Positions 23,783-37,100 of a stretch of DNA of 64,000 nt are shown one piece after another. Below the pieces are notes generated by a model. That model searched no databases. It saw only the letters and a list, made by a program, of their open reading frames with translations, and was not told the origin of the DNA. The stretch comes from Squalus acanthias (Eukaryota). The stretch's first letter is position 1. Every line of letters begins with the position of its first letter. The DNA lies in contig JASTWF010000341.1 in the NCBI GenBank assembly GCA_030390025.1, positions 62,001 to 126,000 on the forward strand, written 5' to 3'. The position numbers and the translations under genes are program-made.

Positions 23783-25561
23783 GTAGTGGCATTCCACATG
23801 GATTTGTGTTGGGGCCTCAACTATTCACTGTATTTATTAACGAGTTAAGATGATGGGATCGAGAGCCACATATCCAAGTTTGCCAATGACACAAAGATAG
23901 GTGGCATTGTAAGCAGTGTAGATGGAAGCATAAAATTACAAAGAGATATTGGCCCGTAATTTGGGGTCAGCAGCGAAGCTAAGGCGCTCGCCGCTGACCT
24001 CGAAGAAAGCTGCCCACAGAGATCTTGCGATCTCTGTGGCGAGAACTTTACCTTTCTCAAAGTGAATTTGATTGTAGCGCTGTGTAATGGGAATCCCCAG
24101 CATAGAGCTGCAGTGACGTCAACAAGCTGTCTAAGCAGCCAATCACACTGAAGAATTTTCACACCCGACACCAAACCAGGAAATGGAAAGCACTGATTAT
24201 CTGCACTTTTTAAAAATGTTACAGAGAGCGAGATAAAGATTGGGACATACACTGGGGTTTAGAAGCTGAAATATTATGAACAATTTTTTTAAATTGTAAT
24301 TTCTATCATATTGGAGAAATTTGACACTCCACAAATATAAAAATTAGTTTTTCTGGGCCGGTTGTTTAGCAGTCAATACGCTGTTAAAACCCCAGTTACA
24401 CCTATTCCAACAAGGTTTAACATTTAATGGGGTATTTAACAGCGACATTAGTGCAGAAAAACTCAGTATTCATCAGTTCCACTGATTTCATGGATTGTCG
24501 GCAACATGGCGGGGGGGGTCCACAGCACAGCCAGTGTCGGAGCAGTGAATGACTGACCGCAACTTCAGGATTTCCGTGTTTAGATGCGCATGAGCTAAAT
24601 CCTGAATTTACGGTCAGTTTCAGAGGGGTAATGATGGTGGACGCTGACAGTTCATCGTCATTATCCACCACAAAATCCGGGTCATTCATAGATTAAATGA
24701 ATGGGCAAAACTGTGGCAAATGGATTTCAATGTAGGCAAGTGTGAGGTCATCCACTTTGGACCTAAAAAGGATAGATCAGAGTACTTTCTAAATGGTGAA
24801 AAGCTAGAAACGGTGGAGGTCCAAAGAGACTTAGGGGTCCATGTACATAGATCATTAAAATATCATGGACAGGTATAAAGAACAATCAAAAAGGCTAATG
24901 GGATGCTGGCCTTTATATCTGGAGGACTAGGATATAAGAGGTTAGAAGTTATGCTGCAGCTACACAAAGCCCTGGTTAGGCCACACCTGAAGTACTGTGT
25001 TCAGTTCTGGGCACCACACCTTAGGAAGGATATATTGGCCTTGGAGGGAGTGCAGCGTAGGTTTACTAGAATTTACTTTGTTTTTTTTTACTAGAATGAT
25101 ACCTGGTCTCCAAGGGTTAAATTACGAGGAGCGATTACACAAGCTAGGGTTGTATTCCCTGGAATTTAGAAGGTTAAGAGGTGATTTGATCGAAGTTTTC
25201 AAGATATTAAAGGGGAACTGATTGGATAGATAGAGAGAAAGAAACTATTTCCGCTGGTTGGAGAATCTAGGACTAGGGGACATAGCCTAAAAATTAGAGC
25301 CAGACCTTTCAGGAGTGAAGTTAGGAAACACTTCTACACACAAAAGGTGGTAGAAGTTTGGAACTCACTTCCGCAAACGGCAGTTGATGCTAGATCAATT
25401 CTACATTTTAAATCTGAGATTGATTTCTGTTAACCAAAGGTATTAAGGGATATGGGGCAAAGGCGGGTATATGGAGTTAGGTCACAGATCAGCTATGATC
25501 TCACTGAATGGCGAAACGAGCTCGAGGGGCTAAATGGTCTACTCCTGTTCCTATGTTCCTA
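23783..25561 (+). mobile_element. CR1 3' fragment (disrupted), split by a MITE
   Basis: VLGPQLFT, SKFANDTK and LQRDI before the MITE. RLNEWAK, ALVRPHLKYCVQFWAP and RRLRGDLIEVFKI after it. Tail CTCCTGTTCCTATGTTCCT. Confidence 0.88.
23951..24683. mobile_element. Harbinger-type MITE nested in CR1, 733 bp
   Basis: Imperfect TIRs GGCCCGTAATTTGGGGT and ACCACAAAATCCGGGTC (13/17). TSD ATT (23948-23950, 24684-24686). Removing it rejoins the CR1 RT sequence. Confidence 0.85.
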
Positions 25562-26519
25562 AATAAATACAAGTATTATTTGCTATTTTGTTGTTGTGGT
25601 TCTGAAACAGGATTCTCTTATTCTTGCAAATGGAGACTGGTACCGTACACCATAATAAAAAGGCGGGGTGGGGAGGGGTGCTCCCCGCACTCTCTAGTCA
25701 GGAAGAAAAACAACCTATAATGTAAAAGCACCATAAAAAAGGTCGTACACATCCATAGCTTAAATGAGCAACTGTTTCCAATGACCTCAGCAATTTTCCC
25801 CTGATCATATAGCCTGGGAGAAAGTAGTCATTTCAACTTCTCTCACCATGTGAGGCTATTTCCTTCCCAGCCAATTCCGGATTCCAAAATGGATTGAAAC
25901 TAAACTATGAATATTAATTCATCCATACTAGCCTTAGTCCTACTCAAATATGTTTATCCCATGGTGGATGCTAATGCAGTCAGTACAGACACAAACATTA
26001 CAAATAAAATTTAGTTTACAGTATTTAACTACGGCAACCCAATTGAAGTCATAACTCATTTATATTGCTAGCATATAGAAAACAGAATGCCTACACTTTT
26101 TTGACAGAATATTGGCTACAGTTCCAGAACTGCCACACTATTTATGATTAAGGTGCTAAGATCTTTAGTAGGGCAACTTCAGCTTTAGTCCTTAGCTTAA
26201 CATCTTCTTTAAAGCACAGTACCCTTGTGACAGGCATTGTTTTTCATCAGCTCAGGGTGGGAGGCATTCTACTGCTTTAATTTCTTGCAATGCAAATATG
26301 GAATAGAACTTTCTGGAAAATTTTAGTTCAAAACATATTTTTACTTCTCCTTAGTTCCCCCCCACCCCATCCCCTCTTCCATGTGGCCTTTATTTATGTG
26401 TGAGGCAAAACTCTGCTAAATGTTTTATAGTACAGTCTTACAGCTGTAGAGCATAAGCTGCCCAGTGAACAGTCCAAAGCTGTATTTCTTGACAATACAT
26501 CAGTAACATGTGGAAAATG

Positions 26520-26753
26520 ATGTGGAGATGCCGGTGTTGGACTGGGGTGGACAAATGTGAGAAGTCGCACAACACCAGGTTATAGTCCAACAGTTTTATT
26601 TGAAATCACAAGCTTTCGGAGCGCTGCTCCTTCGTCAGGTGAAGTGAAGAGATGCATATCGGCACAGCATATATAGTCAAAGAACACTGCCAGACAATTA
26701 CAGTTAATCTTTCTAACTGCCCTTTATCACACCTCGGTGTTGTGCGACTTCTC
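26520..26753 (-). mobile_element. Penelope-like terminal fragment with short inverted segment and 14-bp TSD
   Basis: TSD ACATGTGGAAAATG (26506-26519, 26754-26767). GGTGTTGTGCGACTTCTCACAT (~26736-26757) is an inverted copy of ~26556-26577. Nearly identical to 45736-45850. Confidence 0.75.
26606..26642 (-). ncRNA. Minimal type I hammerhead ribozyme-like motif
   Basis: UCAC-CUGACGA-A-GGAGC-AGC-GCUCC-GAAA-GCUU-GUGA: 4-bp stem I, 5-bp stem II, palindromic AAGCUU stem III. One extra A after the CUGANGA box. Confidence 0.6.
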
Positions 26754-28901
26754 ACATGTGGAAAATGGATGTTATTACAAATGTCGGAATGTATTTTCAG
26801 TTTTTAAGTACGGTAGATTACTTATAAAAAAAATACTCTTTTGATACTGACCATCTTTTCATTACTTTTATTCCAATTTGTCTCCCTTTCCACTGGGAGC
26901 CAGTCCATAATTTGGTGATTGGGCTGCACTGGAATAACATTCTGTACCTCTCTGTGGGAAAGCCTTTTCCTTAAGACCCCACTAATAAGCTCCAAAGTCA
27001 ATGTCTGCCAGACAGTCACTGATCTTATCTCTTCCAAATCTACAAATTTGCTAAGATGCATTTTAGAAATCTGAAAAGGTTTTACTGAAGAGAGGAGACA
27101 CTTCAAATTGCATTTACAAAAATGTTAATTAATTATTAAGAAAGGAGAAATTATAAAGCACTCGGATTATTACCATAATTAAGATAGTCAAAATGATAAC
27201 TTGAAATCGAAAAATGTTTTACTGAGGGGATGAAAGACCTAAAATAGAAAGTTCCAGTCAAAAAAAGTGTTTTTTTTCCAGATGTCAGTCATAGCAAATA
27301 TAACAGGTTTACATTGGGGTTGGTGCTGGTTGTACGAGATCTACAACTCAGGACCCACTGGCAAAAACACTCCACTGACACCAATATAAAAGCAGCTTCT
27401 GTTTGCACACTTGATTCTCCTGCCTGAATTGCTTTGTGAAGGATGGGGAAAGAACTGGGGAAGATAACATGAAGAAAACAAAATCACCTCTGTAATATTT
27501 AGAACAGAGTAAAAGATAAAATAGTCACAGATCATTTTTCACTGTATTTGTCTCAGCTTTTCAATAATGTATCATTTCTCACTAACTCCATATATAGTCA
27601 ATCTATCACCTTAAGTTATTCGTCCTCTCAAATTGTACTGCAGCCTTCCTAGTTTTCCATTAGTGCCTCATCTGTCACACAACTCTATTGTATTGTACCA
27701 TTTTGTCTCTTAAACATACTAGTAATCCTTGTACTTTTTAAATTTCTCTTTTCTCAAAAATTAATTAACATCTCTTCTACATATTATTTTAGGTCTCATC
27801 TCCTCAGGATATTGTCGTCCGATTTCTAAATTGTATTTTCTCCAATCACTTGTATTCTAAATTTGAAAAATCAATTTAGTTTTTATCTTTTTCACACTTT
27901 CTTACTGATAAGTTATTATTAAATCTACTTTTCTTCTAATTCCAATTGGCATTTCATGAAAAATCCAGTTGCTGCATTGAGAATGTGATGCCCTTCTATT
28001 TGTCCCATCAGCTGCCCTCAAGGGGCCATTGCCTCCAAACCCTATCCACCCATCAATATCTTAGATGTCCTCTTGGTCTTTTCTCTCCAGCTGGTATCAC
28101 AAGAGTTTGAGACATATTACACTGTCAGTCATCCAAAAATCACAGAACCCACGTGAGCAGTTTTCTGTGGAAGCTGGTGCTCTCAATTGATTGCATGCTG
28201 AGCCATTTCACTGAATGGTGCTGTCCTGTGGTGGTCCCAGAGCAAGATGTCCAGCCTGTAGTGCATATGTCAGTTCTGGAGAGCCTCCAACCACTGCTGC
28301 TTTTTCTTTGTAAAGGGGCAAATCTGAATGCCATTCACCAAGCTTGATTAGATGATGACTGTGTGCATCTTTGGCTTTAGCGGCTCCATTGATTCTTCAG
28401 CTTGCTGAAAATATTACCAACCTTCTTGAATCTCCCTTTAACATCTGCTATGTAATTGTTGGTAACTCTGTTTCCTTGGTATCAGAACCTGTTTACTTGT
28501 TCCACATGCTGCTTTTAGATGATTTTGGCATCCACCTTTTAATACCCTGACCTACTTGTGCTGCGTATTACTGTCCGTCATCTCCACATAACTGCTTCTT
28601 CCTCTTGGTCAGTGGCTACGTTTCAGCAACTCACCAAAAGTAGTCTTGGGGCACTCCCCAAAGGCTGAGTAGATTTAGCCAGACAGTCTATGAGACATAT
28701 AGATCAGAAAAATCCTTCATTTGATCCCTAGTATGTTAAGAGTTAGCTGATCTTAGCTAGAAAGCAATAAGCTGCTCCAGTTGGTATTAACAACCCTAGT
28801 TTAAAGAGGAGAAAATTAGCGGGTGCTCCTGCTCGTAAATGCTATTCAGTGACCCTGCTGAAATGTCCGTGTCTGTGTGTGAGTGCGTATGCATGGACAT
28901 A

Positions 28902-31480
28902 GAATGGTTACAGCACAGAAGGAGGCCATTCGGCCCGTCGAGCCTGTGCCGGCTCTCGGCAAGAGCACTTCAGCTAGTCCCACTCCCCCACCCTTTCCTC
29001 GTAGCCCTGCAAATTTTTTTCCTTCAGCTTCTTGGCAACTAGGGATGGGCAATAAATGCTGGCCTTGCCAGCGACGCCCACATCCCATAAACGAATAAAA
29101 AAAACTTATCTAATTCCCTTTTGAAAGCCACGAATGAGTCTGCCTCCACCACCCTTTTAAGCAGTGCATTTCAGATCCTAACCACTTGCTGCATAAAAAC
29201 GTTTTCCCTCATGTCGCCTTTGGTTCTTTTGCCAATCACCTTAAATCTGTGTCCTCTGGTTCTCGACCCTTCCGCCAATGGGAACAGTTTCTCTCTATCT
29301 ACTCTGCCTAGACCCATGATTTTGAATACCTCTATCAAATCCCCTCTCAATTTTCTCTGCTCTAAGGAGAACAAACCCAGCTTCTTTAGTCTATCCACGT
29401 AACTGAAGTCCCTCATCCCTGGAATAATTCTCGTAAATCTTTTCTGCACCCTCTCTAAGGCCTTCACATCCTTCCTAAAGTGCGGTGCCCAGAATTGGAC
29501 ATAATACTTCAGTTGAGGCTGAACCAGTGTTTTATAAAGGTTCATCATAACTTCCTTGCTTTTGTATTCTATGCCCCTATTTATAAAGCCCAGTATCACG
29601 TATGCTTTTTTAACTGCTTTCTCAACCTGGCCTGCCACCTACAACGATTTGTGCACATATACCCCTAGGTCTCTCTGTTCATGTAGCCCCTTTAAGATTG
29701 TACCCTTTAGTTTATATTGCCTCTCCTCATTCTTCCTACCAAAATGTATCACTTCGCACCTTTCTGCGTTAAATTTCATCTGCCACGTGTCCGCCCATTT
29801 CACCAGCCTGTCTATGTCTTCTTGAAGTCTATCACTATCATCTTCACTGTTCACTATACTTCCAAGTTTTGTGTCACCTGCAAATTTTGAAATTGTGCCC
29901 TGTATTCCCAAGTCCAAGTCATTAATATATATCAAGAAAAGCAGTGGTCCTAGTACCGACCCCTGGGGAACACCACTGTATACCTTCCTCCAGTCCGAAA
30001 AACAATCGTTCACCACTACTCTCTGTTTCCTGTCACTTAGCCAATTTCATATCCATGCTGCCACTGTCCCTTTTATTTCATGTGCTTCAACTTTGCTGGC
30101 AAGCCTATTATGTGGTACTTTATCAAACGCCTTTTGGAAATCCATATACACCACATCAACCGCATTGCCCTCATCAACCCTCTCTGTTACCTCATCAAAA
30201 CACTCAATCAAGTTAGTTAAACACGATTTGCCTTTAACAAATCCGTGCTGGCATTCTTTAATTAATCCACACTTGTCCAAGTGACTGTTAACTTTGTCCC
30301 TGATTATCGTTTCTAAAAGCTTCCCCACTACCGAGGTTAAACTGACTGGCCTGTAGTTGCTGGGATTATCCTTACACCCTTTTTTGAACAAGGGTGTAAC
30401 ATTTGCAATTCTCCAGTCCTCTGGCACCACCCGCCATATCTAAGGAGGATTGGAAGATTATGGCCAGTACTGCCACGATTTCCTCCTTAACCTCCTCTGC
30501 ATCCTAAGATGCATCTCATCCGGTCCTGGTGACTTATCAACTTTAAGTACAGACAGCCTTTCTAGTACCTCCTCTTTATCAATTTTTATCTCATCCTGTA
30601 TCTCCACTATCTCCTCTTTCACTATGACTTTGGCAGCATCTTCTTCCTTGGTGAAGACAGATGTAAAGTACTCATTTAGTACCTTAGCCATGCGCTCTGC
30701 CTCCATGCGTAGGTCCCCTTTTTGGTCCTTTTTTGGCCCCACCCCTCCTCTTACTACCCGTTTATTATTTATATGGCTATAGAAGACTTTTGAATTCCCT
30801 TTTATGTTAGCTGCCAATCTATTCTCATACTCTCTCTTTGCCCTTATTTCCTTTTTCACTTCCCCTCTGAACTTTCTATATTCAGCCTGATTCTCAACCA
30901 GACATCTGTCACACGCGCTCTTTTTCTGCTTCATCTTACTCTCCATCTCTTTTGTCATCCAGGGAGCTCTGGCTTTTGTTGGCCTACCTTTCCCCCTTGT
31001 GGGAATGTACCTCGACTGTACCTGAACCATCTACTCTTTAAAAGCAGCCCATTGTTCGATTACAGTTTTGCCTGCCATTCTTTGATTCCTATTTACCTGG
31101 GCCAGATCCATTCGCAAGAAATTTGCCTACCTCCAATTAAGTATTTTTACTCTACATTGCACCTTGTCCTTTTCCATAACTAATCTAAACCTTATGATAC
31201 TATGATCACTGTTCCCTAAATGTTCCCCTACTGACACTTGCTCCACTTGACCCACCTCATTCCCCAGAACCAGATCAAGCAATGCCTCCTTCCTCATTGG
31301 GCTGGAATTGTACTGATCAAGAAAGTTCTCCTGAACACACTTCAGAAATTCTTCCCCCTCTCTGCCCTTTACACTATTACTATCCCAGTCTATATTAGGA
31401 TAATTGAAGTCCCCCATTATTATTACTCTATAGTTCTTGCACCTCTCTGTAATTTCCTTGCAAATTTGCTCCTCCATATC
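28902..31480 (-). mobile_element. CR1 LINE, 5'-truncated, with several frameshifts and stops
   Basis: IMGDFNYP and GNSDHSII (APE), NYRPVSLTS, MDFQKAFDKVPH, GVPQGSVLGP, FAGDTK. TSD ACATA (28897-28901, 31481-31485). Confidence 0.93.
29034..29104 (+). mobile_element. 71-nt 3' tail of LINE family B inserted near the CR1 3' end
   Basis: GGCAACTAGGGATGGGCAATAAATGCTGGCCTTGCCAGCGACGCCCACATCCC plus A tail. CTT on both flanks. Confidence 0.85.
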
Positions 31481-32038
31481 ACATAAGGTGATAACAGGAT
31501 CAGGCTAGCCTGTGATGCCCCGACCCAGCAATAGCCCATCAATAATCATTGTCAATGTACACACGAGTGCTGGTCAAAGTATCAGAGGGCAACCAACCCC
31601 TGTGGAACAACAACCAGCAAGGAATCAGTGCATTCAGGGGGACAGTTTCAAAACAAGTCGTCCCTTCACAAAGAATGTTTTGTTGTCTGTTTTCATCAGG
31701 GTCGAAATCCTAACGTATTGTCTTATGAGGTTTTCTCTTAATTGGCCCTACAAAATATGCCTTTTCTCTGGGACAAAATGTATTTTTTGTCACATCATTA
31801 ATGAAAATATTGAAAAGTGAACTTCCCGGGATGGACAAATGCACCATGTGGCGATGTGTTGAGATGGGAAGATTCTAGATTCAAAAGCTCATCTATGCTC
31901 AGTTAACGAATTCCAGCCACGATGCGACTGTGCACTACAACTGGCGTCAACTGACACTGGAACAGAAAATTTAACCAGAATTCTCATATTTATGAACCAT
32001 ATTCCAGCATAAGTAACTGCCTTTTGGAATAGAGAGGA

Positions 32039-33237
32039 GAAAGGAGCTGAATTGCAGAAGTGAGGTGAGCGTGACTGCCCTTGACATCAAAGCAGCATTT
32101 GACCGAGTGTGGCATGAAGGAGCCCTAGTAAAACTGAGGTCAATGGGAATCGGGGGGGAAAACTCTCCACTGGCTGGAGTCATACCTAGCACAAAGGAAG
32201 ATGGTTGTGGTGATTGAAGGTCAATCATCACAGCCCCAGGACATCGCTGCAGGAGTTCCACAGGGCAGTGTCCTAGGCTCAACCATCTTCAGCTGCTTCA
32301 TCAATGGCCTTCCCTCCAACATAAGGTCAGAAATGGGGATGTTTGCTGATGAGTGCACAGTGTTCAGCACCATTCACAACTCCTCAGATAATGAAGCAGT
32401 CCATGCCCGTATGCAACAAGACCTGGACAACATTCAGTCTTGGGCCGATAAGTGGCAGATAACATTCGCACCACAGAAGTGCCAGGCAATGACTATCTCC
32501 AACAAGCGAGAGTCTAACCACCGCCCCTTGACATTCAATGGCATTACCATCGCCAAATCCTCCACCATCAACATCCTGCGGGTCACCATTGATCAGAAAC
32601 TTAACTGAACCAGCCACATAATTACTGTGGCAACAAGAGCAGGTCAGAGGCTAGGTATTCTGCAGCGAGTGTCTCACCTCCTGACTCCCCAAAGCCTTTC
32701 TACCATCTACAAGGCACAAGTAAGGAGTGTGATGGAATACTCTCCACTTGCCTGGATGAGTGCAGCTCCAACAACACTCAAGAAGCTCAACACCATCCAG
32801 GACAAAGCAGCCCGCTTGATTGGCACCCCATCCACCACCTTAAACATTCACTCCCTCCACCACCGGTGTACCATGGCTGCAGTGTGTACCATCTACAAGA
32901 TGTGCTGCAGCAACTCGCCAAGGCTTCTTCGGAAGCACCTCCCAAACCTGCGACCTCTACCACCTAGAAGGACAAGGGCAGCAGGCGCATGGGAACACCA
33001 CCACCTCCAAGTCACACACCATCCTGACTTAGAAGTATATCGCCGATCCTTCATCGTCGCTGGGTCAAAATCCTGGAACTCCCTACCTAACAGCACTGTG
33101 GGAGTACCTTCACCACACGGACTGCAGCGGTTCAAGGAGGTGGCTCACCACCACCTTCTCAAGGGCAATTAGGGATGGACAATAAATGCTGGCCTTGCCA
33201 GCGACGCCCACATCCCAGAAACAAATACAAAAAAAAA
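32039..33237 (+). mobile_element. LINE family B (CR1/Jockey group), RT to 3' end, with one stop
   Basis: ALDIKAAFDRVWH, GVPQGSVLG, MFADEC, ILRVTIDQKLN*, MEYSPLAW. A-rich tail at ~33220-33237. Confidence 0.9.
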
Positions 33238-33397
33238 TCTGATGGGAAAATTACAATGCATCAGACTAGCTGTCTCAGTCATTTAACTAAAATATGTGTT
33301 AATAGTTTTTTTAATGTACAATTTTAATGTTTTGCCCTCAAGCTCATGTTATTTAAAAATATATCTATGTCCCTATATAACTAACCAAAAACCTATT

Positions 33398-34150
33398 GGC
33401 CCGTATTTTCCGATCAGAGGCTTCCTGCGCGCGGAGGCCTCCGATCTGGAAAAAATCTACGCCCTTACCCGAGGGCTCCAGAGGTCCGGCCATTTCCGAT
33501 CCTGGGCCTCTCCACGACGAAATGTTCAGGGCCCAGGTATCCCAGGGGCGCAGGCGGTTCACAAGCATCCCTAGGATCATGTGGGCCATGGGGAACCAAT
33601 GGGAGAAGTGAATCTCCCTTCATACTTTTGACAGCTTAGACATGTCAAAAGTATGATTGGTGATCACTCCAAAAAGACTTCAAAACATTAATTAAATTAA
33701 AAAAAAAAATCACGTTTTTAAAATTAGTTAATATTACATTAAAATAAATATTTTAAACAAAAATTTAATTTTTGGAAAAAAAATTGAAGTTTTTTACAGG
33801 GCTAAAAATAAACAACTTTTTTAAAAGTATTTAAAAATTATAAATGAGTAAAATTTTTCAAAAACTTTTTAAAACTCTTATGCTGGTAAAAGCAGGCCTT
33901 ATGCCTGCTTTTACCAGGCGTAAGATTTTTAAGGGATTGCAGCGGGCGGAGGTTCTGCAGAAAGCGGAACTCTCCACCCACAGAGGCCATTCTCCAGGGC
34001 AGGCGGAGGATCTGTCAAGAGGATTCTTGACAGATCGGAAATGCCGGTTTTCAGCGCATGCGCTTCGCATGCCTGAAACCGGCACTTGCGAGGTCCCTAT
34101 GGGTGTGTACACAGCTCGTACACACCCGTAGGGATCGGAAAATACGGGCC
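33398..34150. mobile_element. Harbinger-type MITE, 753 bp, young
   Basis: Perfect 18-bp TIRs GGCCCGTATTTTCCGATC (33398-33415, 34133-34150). TSD ATT. GC-rich arms, AT-rich core, internal hairpins. Confidence 0.9.
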
Positions 34151-37100
34151 ATTATGTTGGGTATGGCCAGCAACACATCATGCTAATGTACTAATGGTAC
34201 AAACACAATGGCAGAACGTATATCAGTGCACATGCTACTTCAACCACCTTACCGTAGAGATTGATGAGCAGAAATCAGGCAGCTGTTGAAAGAGGTGGAG
34301 GGAAAAGTGGCTCAATATAGCTGATAACAGCAATTCATAACAGCAATCTTGATAGATATGCTACAATTCGAATACGTGAGATTCACATACATTGGAGAGA
34401 GGTGATGGACAAAGATGTCTCTGCATTCCTACACCATGGTCGACTAAGGAGCAGCAATGACTGCATATTTAAAACTGTATATTTAGAACTGCCTCTAGGC
34501 TGGACTTTCTCAACCTCCTGACTGCAGATGATAACAGGCCAAATATGTTTTGGGGATGGAACAAAAATCCCTCAAATACTATTAATGATCCAAATTTACA
34601 CCAATTACAAAATTCACCAAATAAAAAGGCTTTCTTAAAAGTTATGAGGAGAGGTAAGTAATTTGGGTTTTTAACAACAATACAAGTAATGAGTGTATGT
34701 AGTTAATATTTGCATATTTAAGTCAGCAGCTTTTTGCTGTAGCACTGATATACCACAAACTGTTTATGGCTCCCTCATTAACAGAAAAATTCTACAAGGG
34801 ACCATTTCCACAACATGCACAGCTCCCAAAAACAGTTATAAAAAGGGACTACTCCATGCATAACTGCATATCAATACACTGCCAATTTTTGTATGATATT
34901 AAAATAAAATACTAATGATATAAACATCATATTAATATTATGTAGCAAAATACATTGATAACAATTACACTACTAATAAATTACAGATAAGAATAATGAA
35001 AGAGCACACACAATGATGCATACTGTTATATAAATAAAATATAGTCCTCTAGTAACAGTGGCACTACTGCACAGAATTTAAGATCGGATGTCTTGTTCAC
35101 AGCATCAAAACTGCATTAATATTACATAAGAACATAAGAAGGTGAGAACGAGGAAAGGTCATTCAACCCATCCAGCTCCTGTCGTTTAGGTTCATGTTCA
35201 GCACCTGTGTAGACTGCTTTCATCTCCCTCCTGCCCTAGCACCAAGCCTAGATAAATTTTTAAAGATTTGACAAAGGAAGATGAAAGCAAGTAATGAAAC
35301 ATATTTACTAATTCCCCCACCCCCTCTCGAATATTAGTTACTTCTCTTCCCCTTTAACTCTGCGAGCACCACACACCATTCACAGAAAAGAAGGCAGTCA
35401 GAATCCTGTATGTTGGCTTCTGTCAGTACTCCCGTACCCGCCGTTACTGGCAAGTGCACGGATTGATTACCAATTTCCTACCTTTTTTTTTTGGAGGGTG
35501 GCACATTTCCTTGACAGTCAGCTTAGATCAGAAACATTTTGCGTGGGGAATCATTGGTGTAAACCCACAGCACACTAACATGCTGCACTACCAACTGTGT
35601 GCCAATACAACTGGAACAGTTAAATACTTGTTACTAAAAAAAAAATTCCTGTTATAACTGAAAGCTGCTGAGCCCCTTTGTTGTTGCAAAATAATTTTTC
35701 TTCTTACAGTACAAGTGAAGGCTGAAGACGCTAACCTCTTAAAAACAGTCTTCCTAGAGACTTCTAAAGATACTTAAATTTTTACAGCGTCGGAATTTAA
35801 GGAGGGCGCGTTTTACACGGGTGCTGCCCGTCCTTTGCTGGAAGCTATGATTGTGATTGATCTGTACTGTGAAACAAAAATATCTTCACAATGGATGGTG
35901 TGAGGTAGAAAACATTTGAAGAGGGCAGATTTTTTTTACATACGTTTTAAATGTGGGAGACAGTATTTTGCAGCAATTAGGAGGCTCATGATTCTACTTG
36001 CCTAGTGTATTCATCAGTCTGGAGGGCAGGGAGTCCAGTCACTAAGAATTCTTAACAGATGCTGTCAATGTCTTACTTTGGTCAACCGGCTAGGAGGTGA
36101 GCTTGGATGGTATGGGAATTCAGCCATCACTTGCAAAACTTTCCCTCTCAGGATTGTTTGGTGTGAAGACAGTTGAGACTAGGAATTGGGCTCAAGTCTC
36201 CCAGTTGACCCTGTTAGAAACCTGCAGTCTAATACTTCTAAACAGAATCCGATGTGTAAGCAAATTCCTGATATAAGAAAATCACAACCAAGTCCCAAGT
36301 TTGCCCATTACTTTGTTAGCAACTCTGCTGTCTGTCATAAACTATTGAAGAGGTTTTGACAGAGTATCTCTATCTGTAAAATATAGCACAATGATACCAC
36401 AAACCAATGCTCTGGTGTTGCAAATATATTGTTTTCATGTACTTCCTTTGAAATCACGTTATCTATGTTTTGATCAGATGTTGTGGGAAAAATTAATTTT
36501 CCATATTGAAATCTCTTCCTTTGTGTTTATTAAGTAAATTTACAAAATTCTTAGCGATATTGATTTGTATTTTAAATATTTTGGGCTGTTAATCTCACAC
36601 CATAAATATCATTCATATTGAAGATGAAGTTGAAGTGCAGTGAGCTTCTGAGGTCTGTAAATTATTACTTATTCCACCCTGTTGACAGCTAAAATCTATA
36701 AGGGAGCTGGCCTGCAGAGTTATGTTCTTAAACTACTATCATCCTCCTCAGGGTCGGTTTAAAAGAAAAGCATAAAATCCACTCTCCATGTGTCATTTGG
36801 AGAGAATCTCATTGAGCAGAACACACTCCTCCAATGTCCTCCTTGTATATTCATAATTGGCTCTCCAGTCTAAATGTTATAACTAAATTCACAAATTCTA
36901 ATGTTAAAAGCAATCTGGCAGTAAAATAGTGGTATGAATCCTCATTGTTAATTTGATTTTTAATATTAGCATGATTATAAAGACTACCTTCTTAATCTCT
37001 TGAAAATATACTTTCACCACTAAGTTCACGCATCTGTCTAATCTGAACATGAATGTTAAGTCGTACAAAATCTGGAAGACTCAATATCAAGCATTTCTTT

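Larger units (their letters stand above)
28660..31645 (+). mobile_element. Old tRNA-like SINE (unassigned family C), split into ~28660-28901 and ~31486-31645 by a CR1 insertion
   Basis: GAGTTAGCTGATCT...CAGTGACCCTGCTG...GGACATA | AGGTGATAACAGGATCAGGCTAGCCTGTGATGCC is colinear with copies at 38405-38712, 57920-58216 and 58610-58825. Confidence 0.6.

Noticed and set aside
27960..28650. Possible ancient LINE remnant (GVPQD-like on the minus strand)
   Set aside because: Only one weak motif, and the neighbouring RT motifs could not be read.
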